Below, in pieces: positions 1-14,300 of a DNA stretch of 64,000 bases. Made by a program: the position numbers and the translations under genes. Origin of the DNA: Bispira polyomma (taxonomy: Eukaryota); the NCBI GenBank assembly GCA_965649765.1, contig OZ287761.1:24304001-24368000 (forward strand). Direction: 5' to 3'. The notes below the pieces were generated by a model that was given only the letters and a program-made list of their open reading frames with translations, had not been told where the DNA came from and did not search any database. Position 1 is the stretch's first letter. The number at the start of each line of letters is the position of its first letter.

Positions 1-335
1 AGAATGAGCTTTGATTCTAAGAATGGTCAAGACCTTACTTAAGTTAAGAAAAAGACAGGGCATTCTTGTGTGCAGCTCTTAACTAAGAAAATTCTTATTC
101 TAAGTATAAGAATTTTTATTCTAAGTATAAGAATGATTCTTATTCTAAGTATAACAACTTTAGTGCATACAGCCCTATGTCTTTTTACTAACTTAAGTAA
201 GGTCTTGACCATTCTTAGAATTAAAGCTCATTCTTAGAAACTTTTCTAAGAATAAGCAAAAATTTTAAGTATAAGAACTATAGTGAATATCAAAAATTCT
301 TATTCTAAGTATAAGAACATTAGTGAATACAGGCC
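1..335. mobile_element. Foldback/MITE-like element (probably PIF/Harbinger-derived), cut by the window start
   Basis: 1-61 is the near-perfect reverse complement of ~172-234. TTATTCTAAGTATAAGAA is repeated internally. The end GTGAATACAGGCC resembles the GGCC-ended MITEs at ~5860, 42151 and 45386. Confidence 0.6.
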
Positions 336-1740
336 TTGGTAGCATAATCTGTGCTATTTTAAGATTAATTTCTTTGATACTTGTTTATGTTGATAACTTT
401 AATTATAATGAACAGTGATGAAGCCATCTGGTCTAAATATACAAACACACTGGTAGTAAGTGCAATTAAGACATGTCTTTGATGCTTCCATTATTATCTC
501 AAAGCAACACTTAAAAACTTTAGTGTTTCTTTAGCTGATTGAAGTCATGACAGGATTACCCCTTTCTCTTAATAGTCCTGAGTACAGTTGTAAAGGAGTT
601 AACCTTGCTATATATATGCTGTATCATTTGTGATATATAATGTTTTTTTGTTTTACTATGTTTTACTTGAATAAAGGTTTGATATACAATGTACTGTGTT
701 TTGGGGAAAAATGGGGTATTTGACATTTGGGGGCAAATGGACGGGGGGCAAATGATATACAATCGCACAGGATACAGCCATCTGTACTCAGCCATCACAT
801 ATTTTGTTTGTGATGTACTATTAAAATATAGACTAGTTTCTGTATGTTGGATTGTGACTAGCAAGTAAATTCATACACTATTTAACTCTGTATGACAAAC
901 TGAAGTAAAATATGTATGGTATACACTTGTCAATAAAATAAAATGTTATTACTATTAAGTTTTTTTTAAACCTTTTCGATCCCAAGAGAAAACCATGACC
1001 GGGAACTAAAAATTATCTTTTGGTAATAGGCGAGAGATGGCTGAAATTATTAAAACACTGACATGGGGGGGGGGGGGTCTGGTGTACTAACGACTAACTA
1101 TCACGAGCAACAGAAGGAAAATAAATAATAATATTAGTGTTGACTGTTTGTTGACAGAAGATAGGTTCTGGGAGTAACGAGAGCTGTCGAGTGGTTGTGA
1201 AAAGGATTAACTACATATATGATTTTATAAAACAACCATTGCCTACATGGTTCGAACACCTAGGTCTCATTTAGACAGATGGCTGTCACAAATGCACCAT
1301 GGACGTCTTTGTAGCGATCGGTGACAGTAGCTTTTAACTTCATTTCACATTTTCTACATTAGGAGCGGAAATCTTCATTGATATCCATGACATCTTCAGA
1401 AGTTTGACAGACGATTGCTTGTTCATGAGGGTTTTGGTGGGGGGGATGGGTGCGGAGTGGTATACGACTTGATTAGTTTTGGATCGTTTCTCATCAGTGG
1501 CAGTACGAGTTGGCTCGTTTTGCGTTAGCGTCAATTAGTAGCAGTTAAGAAACATTTATCGCAGTTAGTGATCCATTAGTGGGTTATTGTCCGTTATTGT
1601 CCGTTATGTCTTGGTAGTGTTAGTAAAGATACATGTAATTTCTGCAGCACGACAGTTTTGTTTCGAACTTGTCTCACCTCAGTGGCAGTGCGACTTGGAA
1701 GGAATTTCTGGGAGGTCAGGTGGTGGTATACGCAGTATAA

Positions 1741-2284
1741 AGCCCATTGCACACTGAAACCGGCGCGACGCGACACAGCCCTTGCCGACTCGACACTGCA
1801 GCAAATATACTTTGCTTGCACACCAAAAGCGACAGTACACAGCAGTATTGACATTCTGCTGGCAGCCTTCTCATTAGTGACAATTGCTTTATTAATATAC
1901 ATCCACATTAGTAAGTCTCCAACTTTCAACTGACACTTCTTAATTGTTAATTGCGATTTCTAGATTTAATTGCACAACTATAGAAGTCTATGTATGCTGG
2001 TCAAATCAATGATCTTAAACTTGAAAGAATAATTAGAACTAACCTGCAATTGGAATTCCTTAATGAAGCAATGACTAGACAGTATAAAAAGCTAACCAAA
2101 AGTGATTTTTTTAGCATTTTTATGGACGACTCAGATGAGACACCACAAAAATATAGAGAAATTTCTATTTAAAAAAATGGGTCGCGTCGTGACGTGTCGT
2201 GTCGTCTTCAGTCTGCAATGACTGGTTATTTTATTAGGTTTCTATTTTTTGCCGTGTCGCGTCGGTTTTAGTGTGCAATGGGCT
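1741..2284. mobile_element. PIF/Harbinger-type MITE
   Basis: TIRs AGCCCATTGCACACT(G/A)AAACCG..CGCGAC / GTCGCGTCGGTTTTAGTGTGCAATGGGCT. TAA flanks both sides (1738-1740, 2285-2287), a 3-bp TSD. Confidence 0.8.
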
Positions 2285-4509
2285 TAAGAGTCCGTTCATG
2301 GCGTAACCTCCCACAACAAAGGTCACAGACTAAGGGGACGGCATAGTGACCTACGCCTGCATTGTTACACGCCTGGGTAGATAGTAACAGCCAAAATTCC
2401 AGGAATCATGTACTTCCATTTATTTAGCTAGACTTTGGTATATTTTGGTATATTAATCCTTTTGACCTCCAGATTGTCAAAAACCAGAATCTATGTTTGT
2501 CGGTAAGGAATTGTCACCTCAAAAATATAATTCTGTTTTCTTTCAGTTCCTGGCAATTGTTTTTGCTTAAAGTTCGAAAGTGTTAAATAAAATGATGTCT
2601 TGTGAAAATGAGATAACAAATATGAAAATGCTATGATTTTATAAATGATCATAACCTTTTTTGTAGTTTTAAATGCTTTTCTTATGCAAACTCAGTTGTG
2701 ATACGTTTTTTATGGAACAGCCACAGCATGGAACCGCCTATGTAGTAGTAACACATTTCAGAAAAAAAAAATCATTTATCATTTTAGAATAGGAATAAAA
2801 TACTTAAACTTGTGTTTTCTGCCAATTTAAAACAATCTCAAGGGGCTGAATTAACACATCCACCCTAACGATCGTTTAAAATGTGTACAAAACACATTTT
2901 TTATTCCTATATTAAGGGAAAGGCACGATGTGTACAAATATAGTTTATGTGTACATGGAAAGTGTAATATCAGTGTTAAAACCAAAGGACATATTTGGAA
3001 ATATATCATCATTGTACAGCACACCCTGTATAAGTCAAATGTACAATATATCCACAGGATATGGATTTGGTTCTAGTTATGGCTACATTTTACTTAACGT
3101 TTTGATCTCGAGAGAAAACTATCACTATTGATTTTTTGAGGGGGTAACAGGTTACAGATAGCTGAAGACACCGAAACACACGCCACATACTAATTCCGAC
3201 ACTCAATAACGAGCTAACTTGTAATCTTTTTAAACAAAGGGGGTTTGCTCTACTGATAATTTCCTGTAGCCAATAACTGAAGAAAAAACATTATTTGGGT
3301 TGGTGACAGAAATACAGCTCATGACTCCTGAAGTCACTAAATCACACACCACAGATTACTTCCACTACTCACTAACGGCCTCAATTTTTTAAAACAGTGC
3401 GAGTCCGATGTCCTAAGAATTTCCTAAAAACCAAACGATTGGTTAAACTAATGTAGAAAACTTCAATTGATACCGATTGTAGTTACTGAGAGTCTTACTG
3501 AGAGTGTTTGATACAGTATACGCAGACTGCACTCATTTTGAAACCAGGCTTTAATTTACACATACATCTAGGTTTGCTTTCCTTTTTTAATAATTTTTGT
3601 GAAATCTAGAACACAAAACAGTACACATAGATTAGACAGATGAACTTGAATTTGCATTTTAACATTCTACATAGCGAGGTTGAAATTCAAGTCATGTCCT
3701 ATCGTGTGAACCATTATTCATGAGATGTTGATACCACAAAAAGTCGGATTTAAAACTCATTATGTGTCCTATTAAAGTTTTTTAGACATTTTACGTAGTA
3801 TTATACCATTATGGTTATTAACAATATACTTTGACTAGAATAGGTATTTTTTATATTTGGTATTAACGTCATTTTTGCTTGTATGTCGTATTATGACGCA
3901 GAGTTCATTGGTGGAGGAATTTAGAGCTAGGGTAGTTGGTCGGGGTTTTGCAAACTACCGACCTTCAGCAAGTCTTCAGCTAACTTATTTTAGACACACA
4001 AGCAGGGCCAGGAAAGTGGGCGGCAAGTTTATTACTAACTATACAAGAAAGTACCTTATATACATATATGATTTGCTAGAATAGGGGCAACATCTATAAT
4101 TATTTGATATCTAACCAGCATCAGTCTTAAATTCTTTCGACCCCTGAGGCTGTCGCCTAGCAGTCGACAAGCGTTCGCTACACACCGAAGACCCGATGTC
4201 GGTCGACAAGCTCTCCTCAACACCTAAAAATATTAATTAATTATTCTTCAGTTCCTCATAATAGAAATTGTTAGTACACCATAATCCGCCGTTTAAGAAA
4301 ATGTACGCAAGCCTGTTAATGAATGTCGCAAGCAGTCTTTGGTGTGTTTAGTATTTCCTACTTTCTGTAACCTGTTATTTTAATTTCTGGAGATTATTTT
4401 CTCTTGGGGTTGAAAGGGTTAGGTAATAGTTAAGTAATGTTATGGCATCATAGCAGCTCCCCAATACTGTATTAGGTCATTGTATATGACCTTTATCACC
4501 AAACTAACT

Positions 4510-4846
4510 GTACACATTATCAATAATGTCCATAAGTTCCAGTACACATTGTCAATAATGTCATCAATCTACAGTGTCCATAAGCTCCGGTACACATTAT
4601 CAATAAAGTCGTCAATCTATAGGTTCCATTAGCTCCAGTGCACATCATGAATAAAGTCCACAATCTATAGTTTCCATTAGCTCCAGTACACATTATCAAT
4701 AATGTCACCCTATAGTTTCCATTAGCGCCAGTACACATCATCAATAATGTCCTCAATCTATAGTGTGCATTAACTCCAGTGCACATTATCAATAATGTCA
4801 TCAATCTAAAGTGTACATAAGCTCCAATTACATTACACAAGTGCAA
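4510..4846. repeat. 48-bp minisatellite, about 7 copies
   Basis: Unit approx. CATTATCAATAATGTCATCAATCTATAGTGTCCATTAGCTCCAGTACA, seen as a 16-aa periodicity in the minus-strand ORF. Confidence 0.9.
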
Positions 4847-5073
4847 ATCGAAGAATTAAAGAACCTGACATTGATGTTATATATTGTGAACTAGTCACCT
4901 GTACTGACTACAGAATGCGGACTGTAGAATACTGTACTGCCATAGTAATTTGAATTTAGTTAGACACTTTTAGCCACTAGGCCACCACTGTCAAGTAGGC
5001 AAGTGTGCTTTTATATCAATTAAAATACATCTGTACGTTATAGGAAACTAATATGTCAAAATGAACAAATTAA

Positions 5074-5262
5074 CCCTTTTGACCCTGAGAGAAGACTATC
5101 GCCGGGAACTAAAAAAAAATGTTCCATGTACATGTTACATATAGCATGGCACTAAAACATACACCTCAGAACACTTCTGGCATTCAATAACAGCCTCATA
5201 TATAGTTCTTAGGAGTAAGAATTGCCGCCAGATGCTAGCCGACAAACTAGGGAGGAAAAGGG
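5074..5262. mobile_element. piggyBac-like non-autonomous element (related decayed copies at ~970-1207 and ~4131-4418)
   Basis: TTAA|CCCTTTT...AAAAGGG|TTAT ends. The internal CCGGGAACTAAAAA motif is shared with the ~970 copy. Confidence 0.5.
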
Positions 5263-7467
5263 TTATAATCGGTCTACTTGATATTCATGGAGCGATTCAT
5301 AGAATTTGATATGTATCAAAATGGAAGACTTTTGTTGAGCCGGGCATAAGATTTAAGTGGCGCCCCAAACTCAGAATATTATTCATTAGATGTTGATAGA
5401 GTCATATTATTTTACCAAGGTATGCTGTAAAAATATCAAGTCAAAAGCTAGACCCTGTCTCTATATTTTAATATTATCTATTTTACACTACATTTGGGGA
5501 CCTGTTTAGCCTGTATTCCAAATGTTTCAACATTTAAAAAAAATATATATATATATATACCAACCTAGAGTCACGCTGGTGCATACCTCCGCCAAGGTGC
5601 AGTAATGTCAAAATGGAATAACAATTTGCACACTTATTACTTTGTCAATATTACATTTTTTAAAAGAATTACCACCCACAAAGTTGCCAAGTTTTGAACC
5701 ATTCTGAGATTCTTTAGCCGCGGTCAAATAATTTCTTTAAAACAATCCAAGGATAGGATTAAAACAATTTTGAAATTGTTAGTTTTTCTTAGAATTTTCT
5801 TAGTCCAAGAACAAGTCTAAGAATAACTGTATTCTAAGAATAAGAATCTTTGCCAATACGGGCCCAGCCCTTCTTTAATGGTATAACAAAAGTTTCCCAC
5901 TCCTAAAATCACTCATTCAGTAGCACTGTAAGGCAAGATATATTTCAAAATTTTACACGCAAATTAATGTTTCAAAAATGTCGACCATGCTTTGCCCTTA
6001 TCTTGTTACCTTTCTAGGGATGATTTTTTTGTTTCTTTCAAAATATTATTATAAAACGATTTGGTTGAAGTTTACTTCAAGTCCATTGGAGTTAATATCA
6101 TTATTGCCCAAATTGTAAGTCAAAGGGCCAAATAAAAGTACACGTTTTCACAACTGGTGTTTAATGTTTACTAGGTTGGATCACAAGTGAAGATGGACAA
6201 CAAATTGGTCACTCGCTAAAATGACCAACAAATTGATCACACTATTGCTTTGTAGTGAGAAATGTTAAAAAAAAATGGTTAAGAAAACCCTGTGGTAAAA
6301 AACATTTTAAAACATGCTTATGCAGGAAAGTCTACTGTTAATATTCATGGCCATTTATGTAGAAAAAGAGAAGCAATAATTTGCATAGGTACTTAATTAC
6401 AAACAAGGACATTTAAAATAGCTAATGTGATTTATATGCAAATGCAGCAAATTATACAGTCGATCACTTTTTCGAAGTACACTAGTTTTGACAGTTGTAA
6501 GACATTTGGGTATCAAATTTAATTGATGTGTGTCCTGCAAATTATTCAAAAGAAGCCACTTTAGGAGTAACCACTGGCTTGAAATGTGTCACCCGTAAAA
6601 AAATATCACACATACTTTATCTAAGTTTTTTTTTTAAACACATGCGCAAATTTCCTGCATATATTTGAGCTATTGTATATTTCAGTTATAGGAACTATCT
6701 TGCTGTGGTTTATAAATGTTGTATATTGTTAAAAAAACCGGCACTCATTCAAATTATACATTGGTACTGTTACAAAAATTAGTACTAACTAGTGAATATT
6801 GCTGCAGCATTTTGTATACATTAGATCATCAGCAGCTTTAAATATATGTTTATAGTAGTGACCTTTTGTGAAGAGTGTGTACTTGCTTATAAGTGTGACC
6901 TTGAAAGGAGGAAAAGTCTCACTTTGTTTGGGATAAGTTTATTCAATTATTTTGGCTCTATATACACCTGTATATATAAAATTTATTAAAAATAGTCACT
7001 TAAAATAGATGCAACCTGAATTTTTATAAAACAATTAAAGAAAAAGGGGAGGGCTAGAGAATTGCTTGTTAAATCTTTTGCTTTAGCTGGAATATAATGA
7101 CCAACACATAATGGAAAAAGGCGGGAAACGCCTGTGTTATTTAGTGCATTGATTTATGTGATTGGGTGATAAAATATAAACAATTCGGGTGGTAAGCAAT
7201 ACCTTATTGCTATGTATTTGTGCACCTGAAGCCATGCATTTCTGTCTGCAGTCCCTTACACTCTACATCCTCAACACGCTTGGGAGAGCAAAGATCAAAG
7301 GTTTATAAAATAGAAAGATACATTTCAGCGTGTTCAAACAAACAGGGAAGAGCATCAATGCCAATTAAGGAATTGATTTAAAATGTGATATTTTAAACTT
7401 GTTTTTTAACAACATTTATTTAATAGAAGTTTGGAAACACTTCAGTTTGGATAACTGACGTTGAGAG

Positions 7468-8288
7468 ATGTTTCACGTCTTCAAAGAGTACTTCACCAAA
7501 CCGTGCCTGGCTGGGTTGATTTGTGGACTACTGGTTGTAATCCTAAGAGTGCGACAGCTATACGGTAACGTTATCTTGGACGCTTAAATATTTTTTATCA
7601 GTGGGCCTTTACACCAAGAAGAATATGGGGGTTGGCTGTTATATAAAGTGGGCTTTTTTTTGGTTAGATATTTTTACAGTATTTAGATATAAACCTCTGG
7701 TTGGGCTGTTGTTATGCAAGCATGTGCTTTGTTCATGTATAGTGGGTGTATTTACTGGTACTAGATGTTCTTTATATCACAAACGCAATGTATTCATCAA
7801 AGACCAGAGAGGTAAGTCAGTGATAAGGGGATCTCCTTCTAACCGTCTTACATCTCTTTTGTCTTTGATGAGCACGTTACAGTTTTGAAAGCATTATAGT
7901 CGACAGATTTGAGCCCAGTGCAAGGCTAACACACTTTGCACAGGAGACTGGAAAATTCCCCCAATGCCTGCAACTTTTGTATGTTTAGTATATAGATATA
8001 CATATATGTACCACACACACACTACCTTGGGTATTTAATAGGTAGTTAAAAATAGTTATGACTGTTCAATCGCCGGTCAATCAGTCATATTTTGCCCGAT
8101 TGATCCTAAAATCAATTATTGTATATAATTTGCTTGTTAAATCTTAATGTGGTAATTACACAGGTCGGAATTCTTGCCAGGCGCTGTTGGAATCTGGTCG
8201 GTACCGAGGCGATATGGTATGGCAGCCGGAAAACTGTTTAATGCACCTTTACACCACACAGTGAGTCTGAGTGTTTTAGTATATGTAA

Positions 8289-8340
<52 letters not shown>

Positions 8341-11300
8341 CTTATTGACATGGCAGTCATACAGAGGAAAAAGAAAAAAAAAACAGGACAATAGTAGCAT
8401 ACAATAACCAAAGCGACCGAGACAATATATGTATAATTTCTACACAAAACATGAGAGTTAATTGTATTGTACATTTTTTACGCGCCTTATTGATGCTAGA
8501 CATCTCCCAAGGCGCAACATCAGAATCAATCAGCCAATAGAAAAATCAATAAATAATAGCCAGGTCATAAGGATGGATGCGTCAGCGCCCAGGGAGAGCA
8601 CTACGAAGGATAGGCAAGCCTGAAGAGATATGTTTGTAGCTTTTTCTGAAATCCAGAAACTGTATACTACAAGTATATGCATTTAGAAGATACAATTCAA
8701 TGTAAAAAAGACAGGACAAATTTTTAAAGAAAATTTAAAAACAAGCCAAGTTTCTCTTCAAATACTGCTATTCTACCTTGATTAGTGCATATGCTCTATT
8801 CTCCTACAGAAATGTTCATTTTTAAGATAGCTGAAAATTGTGAAAAATACAAGTCTTTGCTTTTTGTTTTGTTTTCGATTTGCTAGTGAAATATTTTCCC
8901 ATCAAGATATCACAATTGGCAATATAATAATATTTACGATTTAAGTTAAGTATACCCGAGTATAAGATAAGTGTTTAGTATATTTTATTATGGTTTTATT
9001 ACCCCTTTGGTATTACGTCACAACTGAGTCCTCCAGCAACTCCACTGATGCATAATTATACAGCGGCAGAGATTACTATGGCCGTAATACATGATCCGCA
9101 TGGTCTACTGCTTAGGGTGTTGATCTGAGGATCAGAAGTTCCTGTGTTCCACTCCGGGCACCAACCGCTAGTTTCAATGGGTGGAATATCATCATTGTGC
9201 AAGATGTGAACACACATTTGCCAAGTGGCTCGGATGGCACCCTTTAAAATGGTGGTAGTCCTCTGTTACCGAGTACTATCTCCAGTGACAGATTAAAGAC
9301 CCTTGGGGACGTCAATAAATGGCGTCATTCTCAAGCTCCCATGCCCATAGTAGCTGCCCATTAGGACCTAAGGATCTTTAATCTGCCACTGGAGATAGTA
9401 CTTAGTGAATGAGGACAGCCATTTTAAGTGGTCATCCGAGACACAAGGCAAACTTGTGTTCACCTCTTGTGCTGCCCAAAAAAATGCTATCTTACCAAAT
9501 GAAACTAGCGGTTGGTACCAGGAATAGAATCAAGGACCTGCTGATCATCAGACGAACACCCTAAGCACAGTATGGCATACCAAACTAGACCCAGTTTTCT
9601 ATCCTCGACGATGCTTTTATTTACTGATGTATCGCTCGTATAAGGACAGAGTGTCTTACTATAGAAAATCATTGTAAATTTCTAACGGCAACAAAAACGT
9701 AAGAAATTACACCCTAAAATAAGGAATCGGCTAGTAAAAAATAAATGGAATTAAAGATAAATGGTTATATTTTGTATAACAACCTTTATTGAATGCCGAT
9801 CATCAATATGTTATTTTTTATGAGATTTTTGAAAGGTTTCTGTAAATTTATCCTCCATGTTCGCTAGCGAGAACCTGTTGGCGCATGCGCACACCATTTC
9901 TTTCTGTGGGATTCCCTGGGGTTTTGGAAATAATTCTATCTACGTAAGTAAAAAAACAATCAATACAAATGTCCTTGACATTATATGATGGCATCAGCAA
10001 AACTAAAATGGTGGACATAATACCGGAAATAGACAAATTGACTAATACATATATACCTCGTGATGTTTTCTAAATAAAAATGATGAACGGCTAATAACCT
10101 CTGTTAAATAAATAATTTCAGATATTTAAAACAATTAAATTATGAGTGTATATATGCCGTTACACATTCACAACGATTTGCTATAGTAAACAACTCTGTC
10201 GCCAACGGCCACACCATCAGAAAAAAAAGGCCATTTCAGCGACAGCCAACTCGGTGTAATACCAAATGTGTTGGGTTATATTTGTTACTTTTTTTAAAAA
10301 GTATGTTTGCATTGACGATATGTGCCCATGTGCCCATGATGCACAGAAAGTAGCAGTATATCTTACTACACACCATAATGTTCTCATGCATTACAAATAC
10401 GCACATTCTACATTTTCCACAATTCCACTTTGATAGTTTTTTTCCATCTGTTTACCACGTCCTACTGTACAAAACACACACACATACATACATATTAAAC
10501 ATATGAGAGATTCCTTATTATCACGCTATAGTAATCATTGTTTACCTTTTTGGGGTTCTTTCCTTAGAGACACCCAGACATGCTTCAAGATGCTTTCCAC
10601 AGTACAGCACGACGTCAACAACGGGTACCGCGTAACGTTTATAGGGGATTCCCGCATACGTCAGCAGTACCGCAAACTGAGGTACTGGCTGACGGGACGA
10701 GATGAGCCAATGCCTTTCTCCGATCGACACAGGGATACTCAGTTCCGGCACGACGTCACGGGTACCGTGTTAGTAAGTACACGTGCACTCGACTAGACAT
10801 GAGGTGTGTGTTGTGGTATTATATATTATATGGAGTCAGACCACTATTAATTTTGTTATATAGTATCTTATAGCATTTTGTGCTATACTAAAGTCCGGTG
10901 AAGAGCTGGCCCTACAAACCATATATCAAATTAAACACCAATCTTAGTTCAGACCTGTTTGCATTTATACTGAAAAGTCAGGCTATTGTTTCTTTTAGAT
11001 ATCTTGGAAAGTGTAGAACAAGGTGATTTCCTGTCAATACCAAGATGGCTAAATACTACAAAAAGGCCCTTAAACAAATAGCTTCTGAATACTTATCTTT
11101 GTGAATTACCTTTCGGAATGCATTTGAAATCATTCAGTAGCCATTTCCCTACAATATCTGTGAATATACACAGTTGGAACTGTTTACTACTGTTACGAAC
11201 TTGAGTTGCAACCCTATCAATTTCTTTCAGTTCTACCTTAATTACTCTGAAACCAGGAAGTTGTAAATGGTAAAATCACTCCATATGTCTACTCTTGTGT

Positions 11301-14300
11301 TGGTGATTCAAGTGTCGGAAATGAGTATATGCTTGCTGCATGCTGGGGTGTATGTGTGTGTAATAATGTTATAAGACATTCATATAAGGTTTTAACAGTT
11401 GTGTTTTTTTAGGAAAATTCTAAAATAAGGTGATGTTGCAACTGAGTGCACAGAAACAACAATTGATACAAACATCATGGTTGTTATTATAATGCTGTTT
11501 AGCAACTTTTTTCTTGGTAAAATCTCTGACGCCATGCTATGTAGGAACAGGCATGTTCTTCAGGTGGAATTTGAATTTGTTTAAATTTTACGGCGTTTTC
11601 AATTGCTTTGGTCACATTGCGATGGCTAGGATTTGTGACCTACAGCAAGTATACTCTTCAGGTTGAAATAGGAATTGACATTAAACTGTTCAGGTGTTTA
11701 TGTATGGTTAAACCAGTTGAAAAAATATAGAAATATTAAATGCTTGACACATCTAAGTTTTTACTATTTTGGCATTGTGCAACCTTGTCTGGTGTCTATG
11801 TTTTCCTGAGTGCCCTGAATTAAGACATTGTGTTGGTGGTGGTCATAATTGTGTCCGGGTCATAATTTTTTAATTAAAACTAATGTTTAGGTGTGGTAGA
11901 TAAATGTTTGTATCATGTTTTAAACTTAAAACAATAACAATTTTGATTAAAGAGCAAATCAGCTATTTAGTAGAAAGTATTTTGTGTTAAAGTAAATAAT
12001 CAAAATAGAAAAATGGACTCAATTATGACCCGCACACAATTGTGACCACCCTGTGTGAACACAATTGTGAGGGGCCAAAATAGTTACATATTACAATTAC
12101 TGGTCTCTCACCAATATGGGCTTGAATCTCGTTCCTTCGTTAATGTGGTCGACAGTCCTTTAGCTGAAGTTTCTTCCATCCTTTAATCTGGCCATCACAA
12201 TATGAGCCAAGCTGTTGAAAGCTAACTTTAATTCTAATATATTCAAACCAAACACATCATACTGAATTCCTTAGGTAATATTATGTGCACAAATTGATTG
12301 ATGTTGGATGTGTGTTGTTGTTTTTTTGAGAAACATGCACCTATAAAAATAGATGCACCTTTTTTTTAGATGAAAAAAATAGAATAGAATAATTGGTAGT
12401 GTGTGTATTTCCAGGATTTCCTATGGAAGCCTTTGCCCACAGAGATATTGGCACTGTTCCACTCTTGGGAGACTGTGACGTCACTGCCTCATTTTGTAGT
12501 GATAGGTTTTGGTCTGGTAGGTACATACATATACTATTTGAAGCTTGGCCCTTTTTAAAATAATAGAAAAGATGCCATTTTAACAAAGTTGTAAAAGCTT
12601 GGCTTGGTATCCTTGGTATATATGTATATATTTGGTTATAACTTTTCGATCCTTTCTAGCATCACCTAAAGAAACATAGCCGACAAGTGGACAAATCTGG
12701 GATAATCTCCACATATCAGTGTGAGTAGCTTAATGATGTCTGGTAACTGTATATGTCGAGTTAGGGTGTGTTAAATGCGAAGTTAAAATACCTTCCACCA
12801 TAGCAGTATAAAATTATAGTTTGACTAAGAATCCAAAGTCATAATAAAAAACTTCATTTGTGTTAAGAAGTGACAAAACAACTGTTAACGTTTAAAAAAT
12901 GGGTGACCTTTTCACAGGTTACCTTTCCATTAACCCAACATCACAATTGTAACATTCAAAATTAATCTTTTTTCCAAATTTAAGTTAAACTACTTCCCTA
13001 AAAATGGCAATAAGAACAATTAAAAATAAAAAATTATGCTTATTAAACACAAGTTTAAATTTGACGTCAAAATACCATACCTGTGATGTATTATAATCTG
13101 TCATACAAATATGAATTAAATGTTATATTAAAATGTTGATACTGGGATTTCATTGATGCAGCGTATTCCTCCTTCTATGTAATTGTATATTTGGCTTAAT
13201 CTTCCATTCCAGATTATGTTTCAAAGATGGCAGAATTTTTCAACAGCACCACAAATACAACATACATATGGATGGTGCAAGGTTTGCGCATTGTATTCTG
13301 TCTTAACTATATTTTGTAATTGCTTCCAATTCACATAAATCCAGCCCCGTATGGCCTGTATTCAAAGTAGCCACACTATAGCTGTCAGGGGAGAACATAT
13401 CAGTATGAATACCACTTGTCTTGGTCCTGGCATACTTGGTTGGTATATACAGGCCAGCATAAGTATTTCCAGGAATATTTAAAGAATGGAGAGTATACAT
13501 TTCCCCAAAAAGATTTTAAAAACATCAATGTTAAATTTTTTTTGTTAGACTACTGTTTGCTACGGCCCAAAAAATGATTTTAAAGGGGATGTGGGAAATA
13601 CTGACACCTTGCCCTCCCCCCATAAGCCAACTGTGGGGCTACACTTCTATTGAGGCATCCCCTTACTGTGTGCTTCCTCGTTATATACAATGGTCTCTCT
13701 TTCACTTGTACCACTTTTTTGTTAAATATATAGATTAAAGGCAATGTTTAAGGATGTTGTGATTTGAAAGCTGTTGTTGACATTTTACATATGCTTATCT
13801 AAAAAAAATGTTATTTCATTTTGAACTAGAATCTCAGGGTAAACAATAAAAAAATGCATTGCTGACTCTATTTTTCTAGTGCACAGGGGTTCATAATATC
13901 GGTCGAGTCATAATACCATCCCTTGCATTTCTAAAAATTTTTAGCAATGAAAATTGATGTTTATGAATTGAGTGCACAATATTATATGAAATCTACATTT
14001 TAGACATTGAAATGTGCGGTGAACGGTATTGCTATCCGACCGGTATTACAAATGCCAGTGTAGTTTAAAGTACAAAAATTAAGTCTAAAACTATGTATAT
14101 GTGTCTTGTACTAGATCCTATCCATGAAGAGCATTTCAAAGAGAGAGTCCACAAGCAGAAATCCAGAGTGTTTGTTTCCAATGAGCTCATCAACATAATT
14201 AATGAAAAAGCCACAGCCACTTTGTAAGAAGGTTTATGATTTGTAGTAACCGTGTACCACTTACATAGAGAGTTTCACTGATTAAAACATAAAGCAAACA

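Noticed and set aside
1220-1534. Cys-containing minus-strand frames resembling a LINE ORF1 PHD finger
   Set aside because: Too degraded, with stops and no supporting ORF2.
4510-4846. CRISPR-like array (also 52730-53365, 56940-57331)
   Set aside because: Tandem units without unique spacers, eukaryotic context, no cas genes.
8137-8474. ORFs with YIYIYI runs
   Set aside because: These are translations of a (TA)n microsatellite; the real exon (8164-8260) is in another frame.
9040-9075. LMHNYTAAE as a candidate CASD1 exon 2
   Set aside because: No WQP/C motif or splice sites; 8164-8260 fits fully.
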